The notes beneath the pieces were generated by a model. The model did no database searches, was not told the DNA's origin, and saw only the letters and a list, made by a program, of their open reading frames with translations. A DNA stretch of 32,000 nt, taken from positions 3,720,001 to 3,752,000 of the forward strand of contig NC_000964.3 in assembly GCF_000009045.1 (NCBI RefSeq). The letters run 5' to 3'. Below are positions 19,206-28,420 of the stretch, piece by piece. Origin of the DNA: Bacillus subtilis subsp. subtilis str. 168 (GTDB lineage Bacteria > Bacillota > Bacilli > Bacillales > Bacillaceae). Numbering within the stretch: the first letter of the stretch is position 1; every line of letters begins with the position of its first letter. Both the position numbers and the translations under genes were made by a program.

Positions 19206-19982
19206 TCAGTCCTTTCCTTCATCCTGCTCTGTCACGAGAAGCTCAACGCCGTTTCGGTCAAGCAAGTCACAAAATGCCTGATTCGGCAGCCTGTCTGTAA
19301 TCAAGAGGTCGATTTCATTCAGCTCCGCATACTGATAAAAACTGGTGCTGCCCAGCTTAGAATGGTCTGCAAGCGCAATTACCTGCTTTGCCTGCTGTAT
19401 CATTTTCCGCTTCACCATGCCATCCTCTTCATGCGCAATTGTAATGCCATGTTCGGAAATGCCGACCACACCAATCAGCGCTTTATCAACATGGTAGCTT
19501 GAGAGCTTTTCAATCACAGAGGACCCGTACAGAAAGCGGTGCTCCTTTTCCAGCTTGCCTCCCAGCAGATAAATTTCAATTCCCTCTTTATCGGACAGCA
19601 CATCCGCAAGATTAATCGAATTGGTGATTACGGTACAATCAACCGCATTCAAATGCTTTGCACATGCCTGAACAGTTGTAGAGGCGTCTAAAATCACCCG
19701 GTCTCCATCATGAATAAGCGATGCTGCAAGCCTGCCGATCTTATTTTTTTCCTCAGACACTGTTTTCAGGCGGCCGGAATAGCTTTGAATTTTCTGATGC
19801 ACAGTCGGTAAAATGGCGCCGCCTCTTGTGCGGATGATGGCATTCTGTTCCTCAAGTTTCACAAGATCTCGTCGCGCTGTATCCCTTGACACTTGCAGGA
19901 GCGTACAGATCTGCTCCGTTGTAATTCGGTTATGCTGTTTTAAAAAATCCAAAATCGCTACTAATCTTTCTTCTTGGTACAC
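19206..19982 (-). CDS. glcR: DeoR-family transcriptional repressor
   Basis: 258 aa from GTG (MYQEERLVAILDFLKQHNRITTEQICTLLQVSRDTARRDLVKLEEQNAIIRTRGGAI). Confidence 0.9.
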   Translation of the reverse strand: MYQEERLVAILDFLKQHNRITTEQICTLLQVSRDTARRDLVKLEEQNAIIRTRGGAILPTVHQKIQSYSGRLKTVSEEKNKIGRLAASLIHDGDRVILDASTTVQACAKHLNAVDCTVITNSINLADVLSDKEGIEIYLLGGKLEKEHRFLYGSSVIEKLSSYHVDKALIGVVGISEHGITIAHEEDGMVKRKMIQQAKQVIALADHSKLGSTSFYQYAELNEIDLLITDRLPNQAFCDLLDRNGVELLVTEQDEGKD

Positions 19983-20205
19983 GCCCTCATTCCTTTTCTC
20001 AGCAATCATTTATAAGTAATTATAAGTTTTTATTTGATTTTATTCAACATTAATAAGTGATTTTAAGTAAAAATGCGTCGAGAGAACCAATTTTTCCTAA
20101 GTAGGCAAAAAGAAAGAACCAGTCTGGTCGACTGGTCAATTTTGAGGGGATGATGCGAAGATCCGGATAATAGTGAATGGATAGATAACGGGAGGAGCAG
20201 GGGTG

Positions 20206-20547
20206 TCAATCAGCAGCTTTTTCCCGGGGTTTAGGGTCCATAAAACGAACAGTGTCAGCCAACACTTCTGTTACATACACGTTAACGCCTTCCTCGTTTT
20301 CATAGCTTCTTGTCTGAATCCGTCCGCTTACGCCGACGAGAGAACCTTTTTGGCAATACAACGCCGTGTTTTCAGCTGTTTTTCTCCAAAGTGTGCAATT
20401 GACGTAATCAGCTTCGATTTCACCTGAAGCATTCTTGAAGCTGCGGTTCACCGCGAGCGTAACATGTGCAACTGCCGCACCGGCGGAAGTGTAGCGAAGA
20501 TCAGGATCTTTTGTAAGACGTCCGACAAGCATGACCTGATTGAACAT
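20206..20547 (-). CDS. ssbB: Single-stranded DNA-binding protein SsbB (competence paralogue, no acidic C-terminal tail)
   Basis: 113 aa; [35 protein letters not shown]; ends ...[11 protein letters not shown], without the DDDIPF-type tip. Confidence 0.94.
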   Translation of the reverse strand: MFNQVMLVGRLTKDPDLRYTSAGAAVAHVTLAVNRSFKNASGEIEADYVNCTLWRKTAENTALYCQKGSLVGVSGRIQTRSYENEEGVNVYVTEVLADTVRFMDPKPREKAAD

Positions 20548-20601
20548 GCGATTCCTCCTCTCCTTGCGGTTGTATGTATTGTAAATGATGCAACAAGAAA
20601 A

Positions 20602-20625
20602 GAAAAACGCTTAAAAATGGCTTTC
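20602..20625 (-). promoter_or_regulatory. Candidate ComK K-box upstream of ssbB
   Basis: On + strand gaaa-aacgc-ttaa immediately followed by/sharing bases with aaaa-atggc-tttc: two imperfect AAAA-N5-TTTT AT-boxes about 55 bp upstream of the ssbB start. Confidence 0.45.
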
Positions 20626-21007
20626 AGCCTCTGTTTTTATCTTTCGTTTTCATTTTTCCTTCAGCTAAAAACATCTTTTGCTTTTTTCCTTTGAAGAAAT
20701 ATGTACTTTTTAAAAAACGGAAAAAGATTTGCTTTGTCAGCCAGTTTTGCGTATTCATGCGCACATAGGAAGAGCCATCCCACGCAAACCACTGAAAGCT
20801 CAATTTTTTTTCCGGCATTGACAGCTTGATTTTATACTGCTCCATGCCATCTTGTGTTTCGTATAAAAAACTTATTCTTCCTTTTTTGTTCAGATGAACC
20901 TCAAACACTTCTTTACGGCTTAACATATATGTTACTTCCTTTTGAATCAAATGACTTTCAGAAGGAACGCCGTCAATATAAATTTCTTTTAAACGAAATT
21001 GATTCAT
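20624..21007 (-). CDS. ywpG: Conserved hypothetical protein
   Basis: 127 aa; MNQFRLKEIYIDGVPSESHLIQKEVTYMLSRKEVFEVHLNKKGRISF. Confidence 0.8.
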   Translation of the reverse strand: MNQFRLKEIYIDGVPSESHLIQKEVTYMLSRKEVFEVHLNKKGRISFLYETQDGMEQYKIKLSMPEKKLSFQWFAWDGSSYVRMNTQNWLTKQIFFRFLKSTYFFKGKKQKMFLAEGKMKTKDKNRG

Positions 21008-21181
21008 ACCACATCTCTCCGTAATCCATAGTCAGTTACAGTATAATGAAAAAATAGAAATTATTAAATGTTTCGCTCATACAAAATTCTTTAGCCCCAA
21101 CATTGCAGGATTTTTTCCTCGAAAACGTTTATGTTATAATGGAAGGCAAGAAAACTTTGGAAGTAATCGGGGTGAGAAGAA

Positions 21182-21592
21182 ATGAAAACCTTTAAACTGG
21201 TTGACCTGAATGTGGAACGAGTGGACAAGGAAGAACAATCAATTGAACAGTTTCCCCTTATTGACGGACTGATTATAAATAAAGAAGACGGTGAAAATCA
21301 CTGGCTGATTGAGGCGCTTGTACAGAAAGAACATCTGTCTTTTTTTGAACAGCTTCAAAACAGCCAATCTGAAGCCAAAGTATTTGTAACGATCACGAAA
21401 AAAAGCAATCGCCCCGCCCAGCTGACAGCAGCAGTGAAAAATATCGTCAAGCTGGAAGAAAGCATTCAGGTTTTACTCTACGGACAAATGGTCACAAGAA
21501 AACAGCAGGGCACTGAAACCATTCTCGAGTCCCTTGTAAAAGAGGGCTATACAGGAACAAAACTCATTGAGGCATTTAAGCAAAAATTATAA
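21182..21592 (+). CDS. ywpF: YwpF-like protein
   Basis: 136 aa; MKTFKLVDLNVERVDKEEQSIEQFPLIDGLIINKEDGENHWLIEALVQKEHLSFF; TATAAT at 21135 and ggggtga RBS upstream. Confidence 0.86.
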   Translation: MKTFKLVDLNVERVDKEEQSIEQFPLIDGLIINKEDGENHWLIEALVQKEHLSFFEQLQNSQSEAKVFVTITKKSNRPAQLTAAVKNIVKLEESIQVLLYGQMVTRKQQGTETILESLVKEGYTGTKLIEAFKQKL

Positions 21593-21674
21593 ATATGAGG
21601 GGGCATGTTCCCCAAAACAGACTCAGAACCGAAGAGCATCACAATAGACATTTAGAATAGATATGTTCTGCATG

Positions 21675-21707
21675 AAAAAAGCTGCCGTTTTGAACGGCAG
21701 CTTTTCT
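21675..21707. terminator. Terminator between ywpF and ywpE
   Basis: aaaaaagctgccgttttgaacggcagctttt. Confidence 0.85.
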
Positions 21708-21731
21708 CTTCGTGCTTTCACTCTTGCATAT

Positions 21732-22125
21732 TTAATTTGTATGGCCAAAAGAATCAACCAATTCCCCTTTCACAACGAGGCGCCCTTCGGTTTTGACCGC
21801 CTTGTCACATGTGATTAACGTAATCTCCTTTTTGTTTGTCTCCTCAACTACATCTGCATCCATTTCCGATATGATGTCTTTCGATGTTACAGAATAGATA
21901 TAATCCTTTTTAAAATCCGTGATGACAATTTGGGCACCTGTTTTTATGTTTTCCAGAGGTCCGAACAGAAGATTCTTTTGCTTCAAATGATGGCCCGCCA
22001 ACGGATAATTTCCCTCACCCATTTTTTGATCCCGGCGCATTGTTGCCGCCCCTATCAAAAGATTTTCATTGGTTGTGCCTTTTACGATCGGAAGCTCCAG
22101 ATCGACACTTTTAATTGTTATCCGC
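21732..22125 (-). pseudogene. ywpE: 5'-truncated class A-like sortase (annotated as ywpE in B. subtilis)
   Basis: Contains NYPLAGHH (catalytic His) and ITLITCD (catalytic Cys). In-frame sortase-like sequence extends upstream of the track start at 22058: RRRITIKSVDLELPIVKGTTNENLLIGAATMRRDQKMGEGNYPLAGHH. No signal peptide or N-terminal membrane anchor. Confidence 0.82.
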
Positions 22126-22218
22126 CGCCTTGATTGTGAAGTAAAAATAAGTATATTTCACGTGCTTTCGACGTTCTCCACTTGACTGGAATGCTTTAAT
22201 GGCGATCCCGGCATCTGT

Positions 22219-22344
22219 AGCTTCAGGCTTTCCTTCAGAGGAATCAGAAATCTCAAACTCTATTTTCTCAGTGTTCAGCACATAACCGGCTGGCGCTTTC
22301 GTTTCAACAAAAGCGTATTGTCCCGGTGCAAGGCCTGAAGCTGT
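22219..22344 (-). pseudogene. Fragment of a SpaA/Cna_B-type surface (pilin/adhesin-like) protein
   Basis: Minus-strand translation TASGLAPGQYAFVETKAPAGYVLNTEKIEFEISDSSEGKPEA, the hallmark GxY-FVETKAPxGY signature of Cna_B domains; no start, no LPxTG tail. Confidence 0.8.
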
Positions 22345-23220
22345 GACTTGATGATGCCGGATATGACTGGTTTCGAAGTCTGTATGAAAATTCGCGAACG
22401 ATTCAGCATGGTTGATCTTCCGGTTCTGATCATTACAGCTGCCATTATCGGCCATGACAAATACAAGGCTTTTCATGCCGGAGCGAATGACATTTTGCAA
22501 AAACCCTATCATTACTCTGAATTTATGGCGCGTATTCAAAACCTGATAATGATGAAACATACAGCAAATCAAGCCACAAGAATGGAAATGGCGTTTCTCC
22601 AGTCGCAAATCAAGCCTCATTTTCTTTATAATGTATTAAACACGATTATTTCTCTCACTCATTTGGATATTGAAAAGGCCCGGGAGGTAACAGAGGAATT
22701 TACCAACTATTTAAGAATGAGTTTTGACTTTCAAAATACATCAGCCATCAGTTCCTTCAGACATGAGCTTTCGATTATCAATTCCTATCTTTCTATAGAA
22801 AAGACGCGATTCAGTAATCGGCTTGAGGTTCTTTTCGATATAGATGAAGACATTGACTTTATCCTTCCGCCTTTAATGATTCAGCCCTTGGTGGAAAATG
22901 CCGTTCTTCACGGTGTCAGCAAGAAAAGAGGCGGAGGATGGATCAAACTGACAGCTAAAAAACAAAGCAAAAATGAGTATCACATCAAAGTAGAGGATAA
23001 CGGTCCCGGGATAACTCCGGAAAAACAAATAGATCTCTTATCAACGGATTTTGATCGCAGCGTCGGATTGAAAAATATCAATCAGCGGCTGAAACATTTT
23101 TGCGGAAGCGAGTTGATGATCAGCAGCACTCCGGATGCAGGCACCTCTGTCTCAATGCTCATTCATCTCGCTGAAACAACAGGAAGCCCTAAAGAACTGA
23201 AGGACACAGAACGAACCTAA
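22345..23220 (+). pseudogene. ywpD: 5'-truncated REC-LytS-type histidine kinase hybrid (annotated as ywpD in B. subtilis)
   Basis: REC-domain remnant starts at the phospho-acceptor Asp (D-LMMPDMTGFEVCMKIRERF), followed by MEMAFLQSQIKPHFLYNVLNTIISL (His_kinase domain) and a HATPase (VENAVLHGV, VEDNGPGI, GLKNINQRL). Confidence 0.85.
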
Positions 23221-23233
23221 ACGAAAATTGAGA

Positions 23234-23270
23234 TAAAAAAAGACGCCGTTTCTAACGGCATCTTTTTTAT
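23234..23270. terminator. Terminator between ywpD and mscL
   Basis: aaaaaaagacgccgtttctaacggcatctttttta. Confidence 0.82.
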
Positions 23271-23659
23271 TCCGGCGACTTTGCTTGCTGCTTCAGCAGG
23301 TCTCTGATTTCTTTCAGCAGCTCCTCCTGCGCATCCACCGCTTCCTCCGCAGCCTCTTCTTCTGCTTCTTTTTTGCGCCTTAACCCATTCAAAGTCCGAA
23401 TGACGATAAAAATGGAGAACGATATAATTAAGAAGTTCACAATCGTCTGTATAAAGCTGCCATATTTCACTACAGCATCGCCAAACGTAAACGACAGGCC
23501 TGAAAAGTCAAGCCCTCCCAGCAGCAAACCGACCAAAGGCATAATGATATCATTTACTAGAGATGTGACGATCTTTCCGAAAGCGCCGCCTATCACAACA
23601 CCAATCGCAAGGTCTACGATATTCCCCCGCATGGCAAAGGCTTTAAATTCATTCCACAT
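23267..23659 (-). CDS. mscL: Large-conductance mechanosensitive channel
   Basis: 130 aa; [41 protein letters not shown]. Confidence 0.97.
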   Translation of the reverse strand: MWNEFKAFAMRGNIVDLAIGVVIGGAFGKIVTSLVNDIIMPLVGLLLGGLDFSGLSFTFGDAVVKYGSFIQTIVNFLIISFSIFIVIRTLNGLRRKKEAEEEAAEEAVDAQEELLKEIRDLLKQQAKSPE

Positions 23660-23731
23660 ACAATCACCTGCTTTTCTATATTTGTAAAGAAAAAAAGACA
23701 AATGTGCCGCTGGCCATCTGCCTTTTTTCAA

Positions 23732-24157
23732 TTATTCTCCGAGGGCAAAAGTCAGTTCTACTTCGCAAACGACTTCGCCATCAACTGTGGCAACGCCTTT
23801 TCCGCGCCCGATTGTGCCGCGGGCACGAATGATTTCAACCTCAAGGTGAAGCTGGTCACCAGGCTTGACTTGTTTTTTAAAGCGGCAGTTATCAATGCCT
23901 GCAAAAAAAGCCAGTCTGCCGCGGTTTTCTTCTTTAATCAACATCGCAACAGCTCCGACTTGAGCGAGTGCTTCTACGATTAATACGCCGGGCATAACCG
24001 GGTACTGAGGAAAATGTCCGTTAAAGAACTCTTCATTAGCGGTTACATTTTTATAGCCTTTTGCCCGTTTGCCCTCTTCAACTTCCGTAATCCGATCCAC
24101 AAGCAAAAACGGATAACGGTGAGGAATAATTTCTTTAATTTGCTGAGTATCAAGCAT
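23732..24157 (-). CDS. fabZ: (3R)-hydroxymyristoyl/hydroxyacyl-ACP dehydratase
   Basis: 141 aa from [23 protein letters not shown]; [23 protein letters not shown]. Confidence 0.96.
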   Translation of the reverse strand: MLDTQQIKEIIPHRYPFLLVDRITEVEEGKRAKGYKNVTANEEFFNGHFPQYPVMPGVLIVEALAQVGAVAMLIKEENRGRLAFFAGIDNCRFKKQVKPGDQLHLEVEIIRARGTIGRGKGVATVDGEVVCEVELTFALGE

Positions 24158-24348
24158 TGTCTTGACATCTCCTTCATCTGCATTAGTATGTATAGCAATC
24201 ATCAAAGATCCAATCTGTACATTTGAAAAGTATATTATGAATTAATCTCTTTTTCAACCGCGCTAAAATGTAACCAACTGTCAATGAGAGCCGTCAAAAG
24301 TTATGATATGATAATTATAGATTTTACCAATAGCAAAGAGGTAGGAAA

Positions 24349-25413
24349 ATGATTTCGAAGTTTATTGAAAAAAGAATGCTAAACATGTTAGACGAGTGGT
24401 ATTCCGCAATGAGCAAACGCAAAATGAATCACGTTTGCACACTGAAAGAGAAAATTGATCAGCACCTTCCAAAGATCAAAAAGAACACAAAACTTTGGAT
24501 GCGTTATCAATTGTTTCAGGCCCGCCATCAGCTGCTTTTTGAAAACCAGAACGGACTCGATTCATTGTTCGATGGCCTATATGGCCTGGAAGACAAAATG
24601 GATGATGAATTGAAATATTATCTGTATTTTTTCTCTGGGTTATATGAGATGGTAAAAACAGCTCCGAAACATGCAGTACATCATTTTAAAAAAGCTGAAC
24701 AGTACCTGGCCGCCATTCACAATACGTTTGAAGCCGCTGATTTATATTATCAAACCGCCGGCGCCTATTACTTGATGAAATCACCGCCGCTTTCCGTCCA
24801 ATACGTCAAAAAAGCATTACACATCTATTTGCACCAATTCGGCTATATCAAAAAGGTAATCACCTGTAAACTTTTGCTCGCCGTGAATTATATTGATCAA
24901 GAACGCTATGAAAAAGCTGAACAGCTTTTCAAAGAAATCATTAAGAAAACCCAGCAACTACATGACGAAAACCTGCTATGCCACGCTTATTATAACCTTG
25001 GCTTTTTAAAAGCGACCGAGAAAAAAGACCAGGAAGCGCTTCTTTACTTTAGAAAAGTATTAAAGAATCAAGAATTTGAAATGAATTCACCAGTCTCATA
25101 TCTTCATTGTGTGTACGAGTCTGTCAGAGCGCTTTTTAAAACAGGGAACATCACAGAAGCTAAAGCCGTCCTTCAAAAAGGAAAAGAATTATCTGAAAAG
25201 GTAGACATTCAAACCATTTATTTAAAATTAAAAACGCTTGAAGCCCTCTACACATCAGCCGAAGACCCTTATGAGCAGCTGCTCGAATATGTGCTTGAAT
25301 TAGAAAAAATCGAGGCGTGGGTGGATTTAGAAGTGCTGTTAGAAGATATTACGGAATACTACAAAAAAAAGGACGATTTCGAAAAAGCCGCTTTTTTTAT
25401 CATGCGCGGCTGA
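24349..25413 (+). CDS. rapD: Response regulator aspartate phosphatase (Rap family, TPR)
   Basis: 354 aa; N-terminal three-helix bundle plus TPRs (CHAYYNLGFLKATEKKDQEALLYFRKVL). Confidence 0.93.
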   Translation: MISKFIEKRMLNMLDEWYSAMSKRKMNHVCTLKEKIDQHLPKIKKNTKLWMRYQLFQARHQLLFENQNGLDSLFDGLYGLEDKMDDELKYYLYFFSGLYEMVKTAPKHAVHHFKKAEQYLAAIHNTFEAADLYYQTAGAYYLMKSPPLSVQYVKKALHIYLHQFGYIKKVITCKLLLAVNYIDQERYEKAEQLFKEIIKKTQQLHDENLLCHAYYNLGFLKATEKKDQEALLYFRKVLKNQEFEMNSPVSYLHCVYESVRALFKTGNITEAKAVLQKGKELSEKVDIQTIYLKLKTLEALYTSAEDPYEQLLEYVLELEKIEAWVDLEVLLEDITEYYKKKDDFEKAAFFIMRG

Positions 25414-25435
25414 TTGAAAAACGCCCATTTTCTTA

Positions 25436-26245
25436 TTATCTGACTGAATTGATTAAACCGAGCATTTGATCTCCCATTGTGATCGTTCTGCTGTTCAGCT
25501 GATATGAACGCTGGGACGTGATCAAATCTGTCATTTGTTCTGAAATATCGACATTGGACATCTCAAGTGAGCCCTGCTGCATGCCGATGTTTTGTCTATT
25601 AGCGCCGTTCAGCTCTTCAAAAGCTGCCGCATTATCAATAGAGAAAAGGTTATTCCCTTCGGATTTCAGCTCTTGAGGGTTATTCACTTGGACAACGCCA
25701 AGATTAAACCGCTGAACCGCGTTTCCGTCAGATGCGGTTAAGGTGCCGTTCTTATTAATGGTGATATTCTTCATTGAGCTGTCGATGTTCACTGTATTGC
25801 CGTTCTCATCAAGTACGGGATACCCATTTCCAGTGACGAGCTGCAGCTGGTTGGCATTCGCAGCGGACGGCGTTACATACAGCGCCCCGTCCCTCGTATA
25901 CTGGCGGTTTCCATTTACATTTACCTGAAGATACTGGTATGGAGACGTAAATGCGATATCCAGATCGCGATCGGTCTTCTGAATGCTTCCTTGATCAGAG
26001 ACTAGGCGTGAACTCATCATCGCTCCGACGCCAAGGCGCAAGCCGGGCGGCGTTTTTCGGGCTTTTGCCACTTCCTCGTTTTTTTCATCAACCTGATCGA
26101 ATTGCTGTCTGACAAGCTCAGAAAAATTCGTATCTTTTGCCTTATAGCCGGTTGTGTTGCTGTTTGAAAGGTTGCTGCTGATTGTGTCAATCTGCTGCTG
26201 CAGCTGGTTTAAGGTTGTTGATGCCGTTAGCATTGACCTGAGCAT
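25436..26245 (-). CDS. flhP: Flagellar hook-basal body rod protein FlhP (FlgG-like)
   Basis: 269 aa; MLRSMLTASTTLNQLQQQIDTISSNLSNSNTTGYKA...SNVDISEQMTDLITSQRSYQLNSRTI. Confidence 0.95.
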   Translation of the reverse strand: MLRSMLTASTTLNQLQQQIDTISSNLSNSNTTGYKAKDTNFSELVRQQFDQVDEKNEEVAKARKTPPGLRLGVGAMMSSRLVSDQGSIQKTDRDLDIAFTSPYQYLQVNVNGNRQYTRDGALYVTPSAANANQLQLVTGNGYPVLDENGNTVNIDSSMKNITINKNGTLTASDGNAVQRFNLGVVQVNNPQELKSEGNNLFSIDNAAAFEELNGANRQNIGMQQGSLEMSNVDISEQMTDLITSQRSYQLNSRTITMGDQMLGLINSVR

Positions 26246-26278
26246 AGTTGATGTCCCCCGTTTTTTTCTTCCGTTTTC

Positions 26279-27091
26279 TTAAATTTTTCCAATTTCATTT
26301 GCTGCTTTATCCATACTTTTATCGTAAGCCTGAATAACCTTCTGATTCGCCTCAAACGATCTGTACGCTTCAGTCATTTCTGTATAGGCGCTTGTCACAT
26401 CCACGTTTGAAAGCTCTGAGACGCCTTGTTTTAATGAATAGGCTACCTGATTATTTCCGGCTGCGCTTGGCAGATCATTACCGTCCGCCGTGCTGTACAA
26501 ATCATTTCCGTCCCGTTTGAGATTGCGGACATCTTCCGCCATTCTGACATCAATCTGGCCGGCTGTGCGTCCGTTCGTTGTCACAGTACCGTTTTCAGAC
26601 ACAGTGAAATTCTCATTATCAACAGTGATTGGCTGGCGATCCGTCGATAAAATAGGGCGTCCGTTGATCGTCAGCTGATTGTTCTCATTTAGTGAAAATG
26701 TGCTGCTTTTTGAATAACGGATTCCATCCGCTGTTTGAACCGGATAAAAAAGAGCAGCTTTTTCATTGGTTTCCGCACTCATCGGAACTTGATTTTCGAT
26801 CAATGCAATGTCTGTAGGCTGGTCTGTGGACTTCAGGCTTCCCTGTGTAAAGAGAGGCTTGAGCTCCTGCATATATACTCCGGTATTCACGGAACCGATT
26901 TCCGTCCTTGATGTCCCGGCCGGAGATTTTGATTCTATTCTGCTGAGCAGCATCTCAGGGAACGCGCGCATAGAGCCTTGATCAGCTTTATATCCTGATG
27001 TATTTGCGTTAGCAATATTATTTGAAAGCATTTCCGTTCTTCGCTGCTGGGCAATCATTGCGGATGTTGCTGTATATAATCCTTTTAACAA
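26279..27091 (-). CDS. flhO: Flagellar hook-basal body rod protein FlhO (FlgF/G-like)
   Basis: 270 aa from TTG (MLKGLYTATSAMIAQQRRTEMLSNNIANANTSGYKADQ), aggtggg RBS just upstream. Confidence 0.94.
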   Translation of the reverse strand: MLKGLYTATSAMIAQQRRTEMLSNNIANANTSGYKADQGSMRAFPEMLLSRIESKSPAGTSRTEIGSVNTGVYMQELKPLFTQGSLKSTDQPTDIALIENQVPMSAETNEKAALFYPVQTADGIRYSKSSTFSLNENNQLTINGRPILSTDRQPITVDNENFTVSENGTVTTNGRTAGQIDVRMAEDVRNLKRDGNDLYSTADGNDLPSAAGNNQVAYSLKQGVSELSNVDVTSAYTEMTEAYRSFEANQKVIQAYDKSMDKAANEIGKI

Positions 27092-27213
27092 ATTTCCCAC
27101 CTCTAAAAATGGCATTTTTTCCAGTTGTCATATAGGAACGTTCGTTCTATAATAAAAACTCAGTATTTTATCCTATTATCGTCATTTAACATCTTTTCGT
27201 GAAGGCTTTTTCA

Positions 27214-27247
27214 TAAAAAAACCTCATTCTTTTTCAGAATGAGGTTT
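27214..27247 (-). terminator. Terminator downstream of mbl
   Basis: Minus strand: aaacctcattct-gaaaa-agaatgaggtttttttatg. Confidence 0.88.
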
Positions 27248-27253
27248 GTGAAA

Positions 27254-28255
27254 TCAGCTTAGTTTGCGTTTAGGAAGCTTGTCCATATTATCAAGCATGA
27301 CACCTGTGCCGATGGCTACGCAATCCATAGGATTTTCAGCAACGAGGACCGGTACCTTCAGCTCTTCAGCAAGCAGCTGGTCAAGGCCGTTTAAGAGCGC
27401 GCCTCCGCCGGTAATAATAACGCCGCGGTCAATAATATCAGCAGAAAGTTCAGGCGGTGTTCTTTCGAGCACTTGTTTTGCAGCCTGAACAATAACAGCG
27501 ACAGATTCACGAAGGGCTTCTTCAACTTCTTTACTGTTTACTGTAATTGTTCTTGGAAGACCGGAAACCATGTCCCGTCCGCGAATGGAAATTTCCTCGT
27601 GACGTGCGTCTGGGAAAACAGTTGCGACTTTAATCTTAATATCCTCCGCAGTACGTTCGCCGATCAGCAGCTTGTACTCGCGTTTGATATAATTTAAGAT
27701 TTCCATGTCAAACTTGTCCCCAGCCATTTTAATAGAAGAGGAGGTGACAATATCGCCCATTGAAATAACCGCGATATCCGTCGTCCCGCCTCCGATGTCT
27801 ACAACCATGTTACCGCTTGGCTGGAATATTTCCATACCCGCGCCGATAGCGGCAACTTTAGGTTCTTCTTCAAGGTACACATGTTTCCCGCCGCTTTTTT
27901 CTGCAGCTTCTTTAATTGCTTTTTGCTCAACGGATGTAATATTCGTCGGGCAGCAAATGAGCATGCGCGGCTTTGAGAACAGGCCTTTTACATTCAGCTT
28001 GTTAATAAAATGTTTCAGCATTGCTTCTGTTACTTCAAAGTCAGCAATAACTCCGTCTTTCAGCGGGCGAATCGCAACAATATTCCCAGGTGTACGTCCA
28101 ACCATTCGTCTTGCCTCTTCGCCAACCGCCAGCACTTTGCCGCTGTTTTTATCAAGTGCAACAACGGAAGGTTCATTCAGAACAATTCCTTTACCTTTAA
28201 CATGGATCAGTACATTTGCAGTACCGAGGTCAATACCAATATCCCTTGCAAACAT
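27254..28255 (-). CDS. mbl: MreB-like cell-shape protein Mbl
   Basis: 333 aa; MFARDIGIDLGTANVLIHVKGKGIVLNEPSVVALDK. Confidence 0.97.
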   Translation of the reverse strand: MFARDIGIDLGTANVLIHVKGKGIVLNEPSVVALDKNSGKVLAVGEEARRMVGRTPGNIVAIRPLKDGVIADFEVTEAMLKHFINKLNVKGLFSKPRMLICCPTNITSVEQKAIKEAAEKSGGKHVYLEEEPKVAAIGAGMEIFQPSGNMVVDIGGGTTDIAVISMGDIVTSSSIKMAGDKFDMEILNYIKREYKLLIGERTAEDIKIKVATVFPDARHEEISIRGRDMVSGLPRTITVNSKEVEEALRESVAVIVQAAKQVLERTPPELSADIIDRGVIITGGGALLNGLDQLLAEELKVPVLVAENPMDCVAIGTGVMLDNMDKLPKRKLS

Positions 28256-28420
28256 CTATTTATATCCTCCTTGAAAATCTGTTTCACAGTAAATATCCAC
28301 ATTGTGCCCTAATTATATATATTATCATAAAATATAGAAAAAAAGTTGGAAGCACAATAAGTTCTTTACAAATTTTTGCGGATGTTTTATGAACGATTTC
28401 AAGAAGGCAATGCCAGGTGA

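Noticed and set aside
22111-22620. 169-aa minus-strand ORF taken as a whole gene
   Set aside because: Only roughly 22219-22344 has recognisable protein similarity (Cna_B). The N-terminal ~90 residues are the antisense of the ywpD kinase frame, so the full ORF is an artefact.
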